DNA of 64,000 nucleotides from Eledone cirrhosa (Eukaryota), in the NCBI GenBank assembly GCA_964016885.1, contig OZ024740.1, positions 150,908,001-150,972,000 on the forward strand. The letters run 5' to 3'. Below are positions 28,908 to 40,574 of the stretch, in pieces (position 1 is the stretch's first letter; every line of letters starts with the position of its first letter). Both the position numbers and the translations under genes were made by a program. The notes below the pieces were generated by a model that saw only the letters and a list, made by a program, of their open reading frames with translations, did no database searches and was not told where the DNA came from.

Positions 28908-29023
28908 AGCTTCTACAGGACTAGAATTATTTCATTCGTGTTCTTCTATATTAAATATTTTATACTCTGCTATGTATTGAGTACCTTACTTACTGTGGTT
29001 ACCTCCGACTCAACCTGGAATAA

Positions 29024-29078
<55 letters not shown>

Positions 29079-30699
29079 GTGAGGTTTTTTTTACAAAATG
29101 AAAAATAACCGAGGTGTCCTACACGAGTGAAAGCATAAAGGAAAAAAGATGAAATCGAAAATGCAACTGGAGTCTTATTTTTTTTTAAATATATATATTT
29201 ATTTGGTTCTTTTACCGGTTTCGCAGTTCTTCTGCTTTTCAAAAGTAGAGTTGAGATGGAGGGTCTGTGTTTTTCTCACATCTGGTTGGTCTTTGAATGT
29301 TACTTGTTTTATATGGAAAAAGTGGCTCGAAACGCCAGGTTTTTAGAGAAGTAATTCGATTGGTTGGTCAATAAGTATAATAAATTTCGCGCCAGTTCGC
29401 GTTACAAAGTTCTTCAAACAGGGGGGGGGGGGTTCATGTTGTTTTATCATATATGAGTGTTTGAATTTCTTTTTACTTAAAAACGAAGGCTTTTTTTTAT
29501 AAATGTAATTTGATCGGTTATAAATGAAGTTATGGCTGTCACGTGAACAAGTTCATTAAATTTCGCGCCCGTATTTGGGAATTTATTTTGTAGCCTTTTA
29601 GAGAATTTTATGACAAACAAAAGATAATGGTCAAGAGAAATGGGATGGGAGAATTGTTCTGGTTCAGTGAATATAACAGGTTGTTTTTTCATATATGAGT
29701 GAAGTTTGGTTGGTTGATGTAGTCCCGTGAATAAGTATGTCAGCTTTCGCGTAAGTTTGTTTGAATTTCTTTTTACTTTAAAATAAGTGGCTCACGAAGG
29801 CTTTTTTTAAATAAATATAATTTGATTGGTTATAAATGAAATTATGACTGTCACGTGAACAAGTTCATTAAATTTGCGCCCGTATTTGGGAATTTATTTT
29901 GTAGCTTTTTAGAGAATTTTATGACAAGCAAGAGAAATGGGATGGGAGAATTGTTCTGGTTCAGTGAATATGGTTGGTTCGCTGGGGTATCAGAATTCAG
30001 ATTTTCTATTGAAATAAAGAAAGTAAAGATATGTATGTTTATTTGTGTGTGTGTGTGTGTGTATAGGAAGATGATTCTATTAGTAGAAATGGGGGAGGGA
30101 GTTGTATGTGTGTGTGTATATATGGGTGTTATGTGTGTGTGTGTGGGGGGGGGGGGTATGTTAAGATGGAGAGAATATATATATTTTGTGTGTGTATATG
30201 TGTGTAGGAAAGTGATTCTATTAGTAGAAATGGTGGAGGGAGAGGTGTGTGTGTGTGTGTGTGTGGGGGGGGGGGGGTTATGTGTGTGTATGGGTGTTAT
30301 GTGTGTGTGGGAGTCTAGTTAGCATGTTAAGAGGAAGAGAATATATATATTGTGTGTGTGTGTAGGAAAATGATTCCGTTAGTAGGAATATTTTTGAATG
30401 AACATATTTTCCTTACTTATTCGTATTTGCTCTGTTGTATTGTCAGCGCAAACGTATGTTAAGGTTTATTTAGTTCGGGTTTTTATTTTCTAAAGTAGAA
30501 GGTGTTATGTGTGCGTGTATGTGTCTGTTTGGATGGTTAGCATGTTATGGTGTTGACATAATGTATATTAAACCATATTTAATGCTGGTCTATATTTTTG
30601 GTCTATTTATTCGTATTTGTTATGTTGTATTGTCAGCGCAAAGATAAAATGGGAAGACTTGGAATTTGGATGTCTTATTACTTGCGTATATGTCTAGAT

Positions 30700-32842
30700 G
30701 TGCGCTTAGTGGTATCTGTCTCGTGGTTGGATCTCGTAATTGTTGGCGATGAACTCTCATTCTGTTTCTGAGTGTGAGTTTAGTTTGTCCTATATAATCT
30801 TCATCGCTTCATGGCATAAATCAGATTTTTTGATGAGCAAGTGAAGTGATTTTTTACAGCAAAATTTTGTCCTGATTTAAATGTATACGTGTTACCTTCA
30901 ATGAGGTGGGTGCAGGTTCCACAATTAGAGCGACCACATTTTTTGTCAGTTGGTTGTGGGTTTGTAGTAGGTAATTTGGCATTGGTGAGTAATGTTTTCA
31001 GTGATTTCGGTTGCCTTTTGCTTTTGATTATTTTGTGTGTTTCAAGGGCTTTTTTCATTCTTGGATCTTGTTTCAGTAGTGGGATGTTCTTGTGAATAGT
31101 GTTGTAAGCTTCCGTATTTCTTGGGTTGTGTGTTGAGATATATGATAGAATATTGGACGTACCTTGAATTTGTTTCTATTTTCGTAATTCATCAATGCCT
31201 ATTGCTTTAGCCCTTCCTATTCCATTATTTATTAGTAATGGTGGGTACTGTCTTTCGAGTAGAATTTCCTATAATTCTTGAAGTCTTTTATTTCGCGTTT
31301 CATAATTGGAGATAATTGTGCAAATTCTTCTTGCTAGGTTAAAAGGAATGTTCGTCTTCGTATGCTTTGGATGATTGGAGGTGAATAGCAGGTATTGTTT
31401 GGAATCTGTTGGTTTGTAGTGTATGGCAGTTTTAATATTTGTGCCTTTTTTAAAGATTAAGATGTCCAGAAATGGGAGTTGATCTTGGCTGTATTCCATT
31501 GTGAATTGGATGTGGTTATTGATGCCGTTTATTAAGTTTTTGAAATCATTCAGTTGGTCGACTGTGTGGGACCAAAGAATGAGACAATCATCCAAGTAGC
31601 GTTTCCAATTCTCTGATAAATATTTGTGGAAGTTCAATCCGTATTTTGATTTGGACTGTTCATGTATCTGGACTTCTAAGTATGCCATGACTAAGTTGGC
31701 ATAAGTTGGAGCGGCTTTTGTATCCATCGCAGTCCCCGATATTTGCTTGTAAGTACTGCCATCGAAAAAAAAAAGTTGTTCTGTAAGATGAATTTTAATC
31801 CCTCGGTGATGAAGCTTTTTTCTATTCTGCCAGATATCTCTTTGGGATATTTCTCTAGCCAGAATCCTATTGCTTCTAGTCCGTATTGGTGTGGGATCGT
31901 TGTTTAGAGATTCACTACATCGAAAGACACAATAATAGTGTCGTTGTTGACATGTTTGGGGAGGTGGTTTAAGAGGTCCAGATCGTCTCTTACAAGGCTT
32001 GGTATGTGTTTGAGAATTGGTTTTAGTAGTATGTCTATAAAGTTGCTCAGTCTGTGTGTTTCACATTGTGGGCCCGCTACAATTGGTCTTAATTTAAGAT
32101 CTGTTTGGTATTGTGTGTTCACGCGGGCTGAGGTGGATTGTTTACAGGCATCATTAATTATTTTACCCTTGTGGATATTCGGAAGTCCGTAAAGGTTGCT
32201 GGTTTTGTATTCAAAATGTGTTAAATAATCGCGTTTTTTTTTTAGTTAAGTCTTCCTGGTATCGACAAATCAGTGTGTTTAATATGGTCATTGTTTTTGA
32301 TTGCTGGTAGTTTTTTACTCTTTCATAGTAATTACTATTTTGTAAGAGATAGAACATATAAGTTTTATATTTTTCAGCATCCATAATGACAACAGTACTT
32401 CCATTGTCCGCTTCCTTAATTATAATGTCCGTATTGTTTTTTAGTTCATGGATAATCTCCCATTCCCTTCGACTCGTGTTGGGTCTAGGTTACGGTAGTT
32501 CATGATATGGGAAAGTAGCTATGTGGTCACAAAATTTGTCCAGAACTCTGCTTCTACATTTTGTTGGGTTGTAGCTGCTTTTATTCCCTACAATTGATTC
32601 GTCGTTATTCTCCTTGTCAAAGAATTCCTCTGTGAGACGAAATTTTTTACAGAATTGTGAGATATCGTCATTTATCTCATTGAGGTTAGAGTATTGTGGT
32701 GTTGGTGTGAATTTCAGTCCTTGGAGAGAATTTTTATTTGTTGGGCTGAGAGGTTTGTATTTGAAAGGTTGATTATTTTCGGTTTTTCAAAATCGGTTTG
32801 TGCCACCGGGTGTCGTGGATCCTGTAGCCTTGGACTAAAAAA
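30700..32842 (-). pseudogene. Neptune-type RT-GIY-YIG ORF with many frameshifts
   Basis: ORF pieces 31904-32122, 31269-31727 and 30801-31058 are colinear with the 10.6-12.9 kb protein. Confidence 0.9.
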
Positions 32843-33147
32843 TGATTTTTCTGGAATGTTTTTTCAATGGTATTATTATATCTAATATATCTATTATTAT
32901 TATATCTATTATTATAATAACTTTTAAGTAAAAAGAAATTCAAACACTCATATATGAAAAAACAACCTGCCCCCCCCCCCTTGTTTGAAGAACTTTGTAA
33001 CGCGAAATTTATTATACTTATTCACCAACCAATCAAATTACTTCTATAAAAACATGGCTTTTAGAGCCACTTTTTTCCATATAAAACAAGTAACATTCAA
33101 AGACAACCAGATGTGAGAAAAACCACAGACCCTCCATCTCAACTCTA

Positions 33148-33183
33148 CTTTTGAAAAGCAGAAGAACTGCGAAACCGGTAAAG
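33148..33183 (+). ncRNA. Type-I hammerhead with U3-A8 covariant core
   Basis: ctt-TTGAAAA-GCAG-aagaa-CTGC-GAAACCGGTA-aag. Copies lie at 29210-29245 (-) and ~42963-43008 (-). Confidence 0.75.
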
Positions 33184-33239
33184 GAACCAAATAAATATAT
33201 ATATTTAAAAAAAATAAAACCCCAGTTGCATTTTCGATT

Positions 33240-33441
<202 letters not shown>

Positions 33442-34073
33442 AGAATACTTTCAAAACAGTGAGCTAGTTTGAAATTAGAAATATAAGCTATCGCCGTATT
33501 TTGCCTAAAGAAATTAAAGAAATTATTTAGCCTGATAGTGGGGTTGGTTAAGAACCCATGTACGTCAATACTCATCTTTTTCCATTTCACCGAGGGTTCA
33601 TGGATCAACTAAGCACTCTTGCTATATTAACACATTTTGATCTGCTTATCTTCAAGAACTATGCTTGTAAATAACATTATTTTTTCTTTCACATTGATTT
33701 ATTATGCCCCACATTACGCCCCTTTTTCCTTTTTTTTCTTTTTTCTTTTTTCTTTTCACTTCATAAACTTTGTTTGTAAATAACATTATTCTTTCTGCAC
33801 CATTACTTTAACATGGCCAACACCAATACATATTATTATCATTTGATAATAATATAAAAATGCTGAAACCGGTAATAGACAATTATTAAATATATAAATA
33901 AATAAATAAATGCCATTGTTAATAAATAAATAAATAAACTAATATCTTAACACTTCACACAAAGTAAAATATTTCGTTTTAATCATTTTCTAACCTAGAA
34001 AAAAGAGAGAAAGAAATAAAAAGGGTAAACAATATATTTTTCTTCCTAATAATCGTCTTTTTATCCCTGTTTT

Positions 34074-34134
<61 letters not shown>

Positions 34135-34256
34135 AAAATTAAGATAAATCAAAATGAATTTAATCTAAATCAAAATTATAGGTGTCATGCCAGAAAGGCA
34201 TGCGCCATATCACCCGTAAAATAAGCCTCACGATTATAATGAATAGGTTCAAGCAT

Positions 34257-34600
34257 TTTATAACAACTAGAAATTGATTAACATATAAATAAACATATGA
34301 AACAATCACAGGGATAATTTTTACAAGTGTGCAAGCACACATAGCTAGGTAGGTAACTAAATGCGGTTAACTAGAACAACAAAAATAGATGCCTTATAAT
34401 ATGATTAATCTTCCCTGTATATATTCCATTAAAGAAATATATTTCACCAATTAATCGAATGGTAAACGACGGTTTTTGAAGTTCTAGTTAACTTTATTTA
34501 GTTACCTACCTAGCTATGTGTGCTTGCACACTTGTAAAAGTTATCCCCTGTGATTGTTTCATATGTTTATATATATGTTAATCAATTTCTAGTTGTTATA
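34257..34600. repeat. Inverted repeat with ~110-bp arms and a ~130-bp spacer
   Basis: tataacaactagaaattgattaac...ctaggtaggtaactaaat is mirrored by atttagttacctacctag...gttaatcaatttctagttgttata. Confidence 0.85.
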
Positions 34601-34619
34601 TATATATATATATATATAT

Positions 34620-34825
34620 AACGAAGGAAATGTGGTAAGGAACCAGGTGGACCATAACGCACCAAAGTACTCAATACTTAGGGTAGTAGAGTGGGTAATA
34701 GGAACAAGTAGGACCCCGACGGATGAGCTCAAGCCGTTTCGACGGCTAATTCCGGACTGAATTTAGTCCAGAATTAGCCATCGAAACGGCTTGAGCTCAT
34801 CCGTCGGGGTCCTACTCGTTCCTAT
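34620..34825. mobile_element. Non-autonomous (TA)n-bounded hairpin element, copy 2
   Basis: Homologous to 4405-4633. Arms are ataggaacaagtaggaccccgacgg...ccggact and agtccag...ccgtcggggtcctactcgttcctat. Confidence 0.8.
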
Positions 34826-34903
34826 ATATATATATATATATATTGTTATACTTTGGGAGGGTCATGTTGCCAATAAGAATCTTGCTAAACAAATTCAGAA
34901 ACG

Positions 34904-34971
<68 letters not shown>

Positions 34972-34976
<5 letters not shown>

Positions 34977-35600
34977 AAAGAATAGAGGTGTAAGACACAA
35001 GTTATTATATATTGGTAAACGGAATAGAAAATGCTGACAAATTGTTCACAGTTGAAAAATGGTTTAATTAGGAATAAAAGAGTATTAGTGATTGTATGGG
35101 TTAGTATTCAGTTGTGCTTTTAAGCTTTTAAGTTTTTACCAGTTGCGCATTTCTAAATGCTTTTCAAAAATAATTTTGAGATAGAGTGTCCGTGTTGTTT
35201 GCTCTGATTTGATTAGTTTTGGGAATTCTACCTGTTTTTATGTTAAAAAAGTGGCTCCAGCGTTACTTTGTTGTTGCAAAAATTCTTGTGGTCAAAACAA
35301 TTTTGATTGGTTGGTAGAGGTCATGTGAATGTAAAAAATTGATTTTTCGCCAAGACTGTTTTTATGTTAAAAAAGTGGCTCCAGCGCTACTTGGTGTTTG
35401 CAAAAATTCTTGTGGTCAAAACAATTTTGATTGGTCGGTAGAGGTCATGTGAAATAAAAATTGGTTTTGCGCTAAGATTGAGAAATGACTCTTTCACAAC
35501 AAATATGCGTGTGTGTGTGTGTGTGTAGTAGTAGTAGTAGTAAGGTGTTCGATGTTGTGATAATGGTTAGCAGGGATGTGTGTCAAATGGCTATTAAGAT

Positions 35601-35687
<87 letters not shown>

Positions 35688-35879
35688 GCAGAGTAATTCG
35701 TGGTAGCAGGGATGGTCAGTAAGAATGTGTCTGAAAGCAATGGAGGTAAAATTGTGTACATTATTCGATTAATGTACACCATTTTGCCAGGAGGAAAAAA
35801 TACTGGTCCACACACACACACACATATATATATACACACACACAAACACACGCGTACATTAACATACAAAGAGACTTAT

Positions 35880-35971
<92 letters not shown>

Positions 35972-36606
35972 ATCTTAATAGCCATTTGACACACATGCCT
36001 GCTAACCATTATCACAACATCGAACACCTTACTACTACTACTACACACACACGCACACACACACGCATATCTGTTGTGAAAGAGTCATTTCTCAATCTTA
36101 GCGCAAAATCAATTTTTATTTCACATGACCTCTACCGACCAATCAAAATTGTTTTGACCACAAGAATTTTTGCAAACACCAAGTAGCGCTGGAGCCACTT
36201 TTTTAACATAAAACAGTCTTGGCGCAAAATCAATTTTTTACATTCACATGACCTCTACCGACCAATCAAAATTGTTTTGACCACAAGAATTTTTGCAACA
36301 CCAAAGTAACGCTGGAGCCACTTTTTTAACATAAAAACAGGTAGAATTCCCAAAACTAATCAGATCAGAGCAAACAACACGGACACTCTAACTCAAAATT
36401 ATTTTTGAAAAGCATTTAGAAATGCGCAACCGGTAAAAACTTAAAAACTTAAAACCACAACTGAATACTAACCCATACAATCACTAATACTCTTTTATTC
36501 CTAATTATAAACGATTTTTCAACTGTGAACAATTTGTCAGCATTTTCTATTTTTTCTATTCCGTTTACCAATATATAATAACTTGTGTGTTACACCTCTA
36601 TTCTTT

Positions 36607-36611
<5 letters not shown>
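34972..36611. mobile_element. ~1.64-kb non-coding fold-back element (~720-bp arms) built from a Neptune-like pLTR
   Basis: It begins tagttaaaagaatagaggtgtaa and ends ttacacctctattcttttaacta. Each arm has an internal ~120-bp tandem duplication and a hammerhead-like motif (35132-35170 -, 36402-36438 +). Both ends abut (TA)n. Confidence 0.88.
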
Positions 36612-36672
<61 letters not shown>

Positions 36673-37294
36673 CATATATACATATATACATATATATAGG
36701 TGAAGAAGCAGACTGTGTGATTACTGAAAACGAAGTGTTAGAAGGTAAACAAGAGAAGACAAGTATCCTTTCATCAGCTGTTTACTACAGATCATATATG
36801 TTTCGGCGCTTAAAAGAGAACATCGATCAGTAGCGCATTCGTGGCCTTTTATCCATCTAAAGGCCATGAGGGAAAGATGTGATAATGAAGAGAGGGGAAG
36901 AAGAAAAAAAAAGGAAAAGAGGAAAAAACGAAGTAAACATACCGATAGAAGTTGGGACACAGAACAATAGCACATGTATGTAAGTAATCGAAGAGAAAGT
37001 GGAATAAGTTATAATAAGCCGATGAGTATAAGCCCGTTGGCAGCGATAACTGCGGAGCAAGGTTTTTCCGTGACGATCTCAGTAAAGTGAGGTTAGAGAG
37101 AGAGAAAGACGGAGAAACAGCAAATGAGAGGGGGTGAACAAGCGGGACAGAGAGAGAGAGAGAGAGGAGGGGAAGGGAAAGAGAGTTAATCCAAAAGGGT
37201 TTTACGACACGTGTGACCAAGCCGAAAACAACCAAATGGATATATATATAATCTTGTATATATATATATTTATATAGATATATATATTAAAAAA

Positions 37295-39225
37295 AATATT
37301 GTATATAAATGTAGCAATAAGGCAAATGGTAATGTCTATAATTACATAGGTGCCACTTCATCTAAATTTAAGGACCGTTGGGATAATCACAAGCATACTT
37401 TTAATAGACCGGATAAAAAATTCTCAATTTCACTCTCACAATTAGTATGGTCATTAAAAGACAATAACATTAAATACTCCATCTCTTGAAGAAAATTAAG
37501 ATTTGCTATCCCTACCGAAACTCTGCCATCTTTGCAACGAGGAAATCCTTCACATAATCACAAACTATGACAATTTAATCAATAAAAAGAATGAATTATT
37601 TAGTAGTTGTGATCATAAAATTAGTAAGACTTTCCCCCAAAATACGGACAAATAACACCTTAAATATATGTAAATTTTTGCCTCATTGAAGTAAAAATTA
37701 TAGATATTTATATGTAATAGCATAACCTCATTAAGAGGTTTTTTTTTATCCTACGAATTGATTAGGATAGTTTACTATTTAATTATACATCAATTAAGAT
37801 ATATACATTAGATATGTTGAGGATCTTAAAAAATCGTTGGATGAGAGAGAAGATATTCCCTCTAAGTTAAAAAATCTTATTTACATTGTAAAAGAGTTAT
37901 CTTCCTTTTGTTTACATTGTCCGTAAATTATATTAGCTTGCAAAAAAATATATATAAAATATAGATTAATAAATAATAATTAATAGTTTAATAATACATA
38001 AACTATCAATCATTAAACTTAAACTGTATACATTAGAATAATTAAGTATTGAAGTAAATATAAACATAACCCTTCATTAAGTGAAATACAGTTTATGGAG
38101 AATAAATATAACCACATATAGATTTTTCAAAATATATGAAAATAAAAAAATAACGAAGTTTCACTTAAAGTGGAATTTTGAATTAATTTAGATGATAAAT
38201 GAACAAAATATATCATATATTGATGTGGATATATGCATTTTTAATACATTTTAATACATATTTAATAGATATTTAATAAACATTAAAGATAAATTCTTTA
38301 ATGTTGCATTATAATGCTAAATAGAATATCTTACCTTATAATAAAACACTGTCATAATCTAGAATGAATTAAATTAAATTAAATTAATTTAAGCATATAA
38401 ATTTGTAATGAACTTATATATTCGATTGCCGTATAAATTAATCTATGCCTAATAATCTAGATATATTATACCTAATAATCTAGATATATTATAAACTTAT
38501 AATTATCTAAAGCGTAATCCAATAAAGCGGCATTCCCTGATAAATAATATGAATAAATTTTGAATTTTTGTCAAGGATTTGAATACAACGGGTTTTTTTA
38601 TTCTTTCCTTTTATTCTTTCCCTTTCCTTTTCTTCTTTTCTTTATTTCCCCTCTTTTCTCTCCGCATCTTCCTCTTTCTTCTTTTCTTTATTTCCTTTCT
38701 TTGCTCTCCGCATCTTCCCCTTTCTTCTTTTCTTTATTTCTGCATCTTCCCCTTTCTTCTTTTCTTTATTTCCCGTCTTTGCTCTCTGCATCTACCCCTT
38801 TCTTCTTTTCTTTATTTCCCTTCTTTTCTCTCCGCATCTTCCCTTTTCTTCTTTTCTTTATTTCCCTTCTTTTCTCTCCGCATCTTCCCTTTTCTTCTTT
38901 TCTTTATTTCCCTTTCTTTCTCTCCACATCTTCCCTTTCAACTCCCCTTCTATATTTCTTCGTTGCTTTACGTCCTCTTCTTCTCTAAGTTTATCATATT
39001 ATTTGTGGTATATAAATGTTGAGGGTTGGTGAAATAACTTATTTCCACTACAGGAATTGAAGATTCAAGACCTTAGCGGTATATCGTATATCCAATCTCT
39101 TATATATTTTATCTGATGAAAACGTACTGAAACACCATTGTACCTTTGAAATATGTATAATAAAATATATACTTTGGTTATGATAATATTTCTCATTTAT
39201 TAATATTTTAAACAATATTATATAT
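37295..39225 (+). mobile_element. 5'-truncated Hydra-like PLE: degraded GIY-YIG (37298-37655), long 3' region, hammerhead 39104-39168
   Basis: IVYKCS...YNYIGATSSKFKDRWDNHKHTF...SLSQLVWSLKD...(frameshift)CHLCNEE...INKKNELFSSCDHK. The hammerhead reads atattttat-CTGATGA-aaac-GTAC...GTAC-cttt-GAAATATGTATA-ataaaatat. Confidence 0.8.
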
Positions 39226-39334
39226 ATATATAGGAACGATCAACTTTCGTCAAATAGTACCGAGGGAACGATGTTTCCATTGGTCTTTCCGACTGCTAAT
39301 ACTATCTATCGGTCGTAACACTAGGTAGAAGGAG

Positions 39335-39433
39335 CACCGTGAAATAGAGTGTCTTGCTCAAGGACATAACACATCGCCCGGTCCGGGAACCAAACTCACA
39401 ACTTCACGATTGCGAATCCAATTCTCTAACCAC
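39335..39433 (-). mobile_element. tRNA-derived SINE head fragment
   Basis: The reverse complement begins GTGGTTAGAG (A-box-like), then GAGTTTGGTTCCC (decayed B-box), then GTGTTATGTCCTTGAGCAAGACACT, a typical invertebrate SINE core. Confidence 0.65.
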
Positions 39434-39442
39434 ATACATACA

Positions 39443-39571
<129 letters not shown>

Positions 39572-39587
39572 TAAAATAACAGATTAA

Positions 39588-39638
39588 AGTTTAAGCAAAG
39601 AATCGCTGCTTTCACCCTTAACGGGATCTTCTGAAACT
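39588..39638 (-). ncRNA. Type-I hammerhead with a CAGAAGA core and extended stem III
   Basis: agttt-CAGAAGA-t-CCC-gttaa-GGG-t-GAAAGCA-gcgattctt-TGCTT-aaact. A truncated relative lies at 24606-24665. Confidence 0.7.
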
Positions 39639-40574
39639 AACAAAGTCAATCTGTAAACGCAGAACTGGATATTTCAAAAAACGTTGCAACCGGAGGAAGA
39701 CAGGAAGACGATACTTTGGTTCGTGGGAACGTTCGCTGGCTAAGAACGGGAAAAAACGAATATAATACGTCATTAATAGGAGCGATGAAAAACAATTACA
39801 CGCAAAGACAGAACCACGTTTATGGTATAATAGAGGTCGTAGACTAAAGTTCTCTTAGGTGGTGCATAGAGACGTTCTCTGGCGATGAACAAAAAAAAAC
39901 GAAGATAATACGTCATATGTGGAGCGTGGAGAACAATAGCACGCAAAGACAAAACCACGTAAAAGGTAAAGCAGAAGTTGTAGACTAAAATTCTAACTAG
40001 GAGACCAAATGCATCTCCGCTACAGAGTTAAGAACAAAGTAAATAAATACAATACAGAAGTAATAGAAACAAATAAATACATACACGCAAACAGATACGT
40101 ACATACACAAGCATACGCAAAACCTTACCATAGGTATACAAAACCACGCACATATAAATATGTGCGTGTGTTTATGCTTGTGTACAAATAAATAAATAAA
40201 TAATTATATAAACGTATATAAGTAAATAACTACGTATATAACAAGCTCACACACATACCTACAAACAAATACACGAGTGTTCGGAGACGTAAGTCAATTA
40301 AAACACGAAGTACACATATACACACACCCACCATACGTACGAACCTGCATACTCACGCAGGCGCAAAACTCCCGTATACACATAGCCAAACCCTAAATAC
40401 CAGAATATGTAAAAATTATACGCCATAACAGTCAAATATACGTACGAGAAGGTATACGTACCTTCACAAAACATACGGGTAATATATACTTACCTATGCA
40501 AATAATTAAAGGAATAAACAAAACATATACTTAGCTCCCACATCAAGACGTAAAATATCCACGTATAGATCGTG

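Noticed and set aside
34972-36611. Interpretation of the long inverted repeats as DNA-transposon TIRs or MITEs
   Set aside because: The arms are PLE pLTR-like and contain hammerhead motifs. No transposase or diagnostic TSD is visible.
36740-36835. CTGATGA and GAAACATATATG on the minus strand
   Set aside because: I could not assemble a consistent three-stem hammerhead. At most it is a decayed one.
38560-39022. Phe/Leu/Ser-rich ORFs resembling membrane proteins
   Set aside because: This is a pyrimidine-rich minisatellite in the PLE 3' region.
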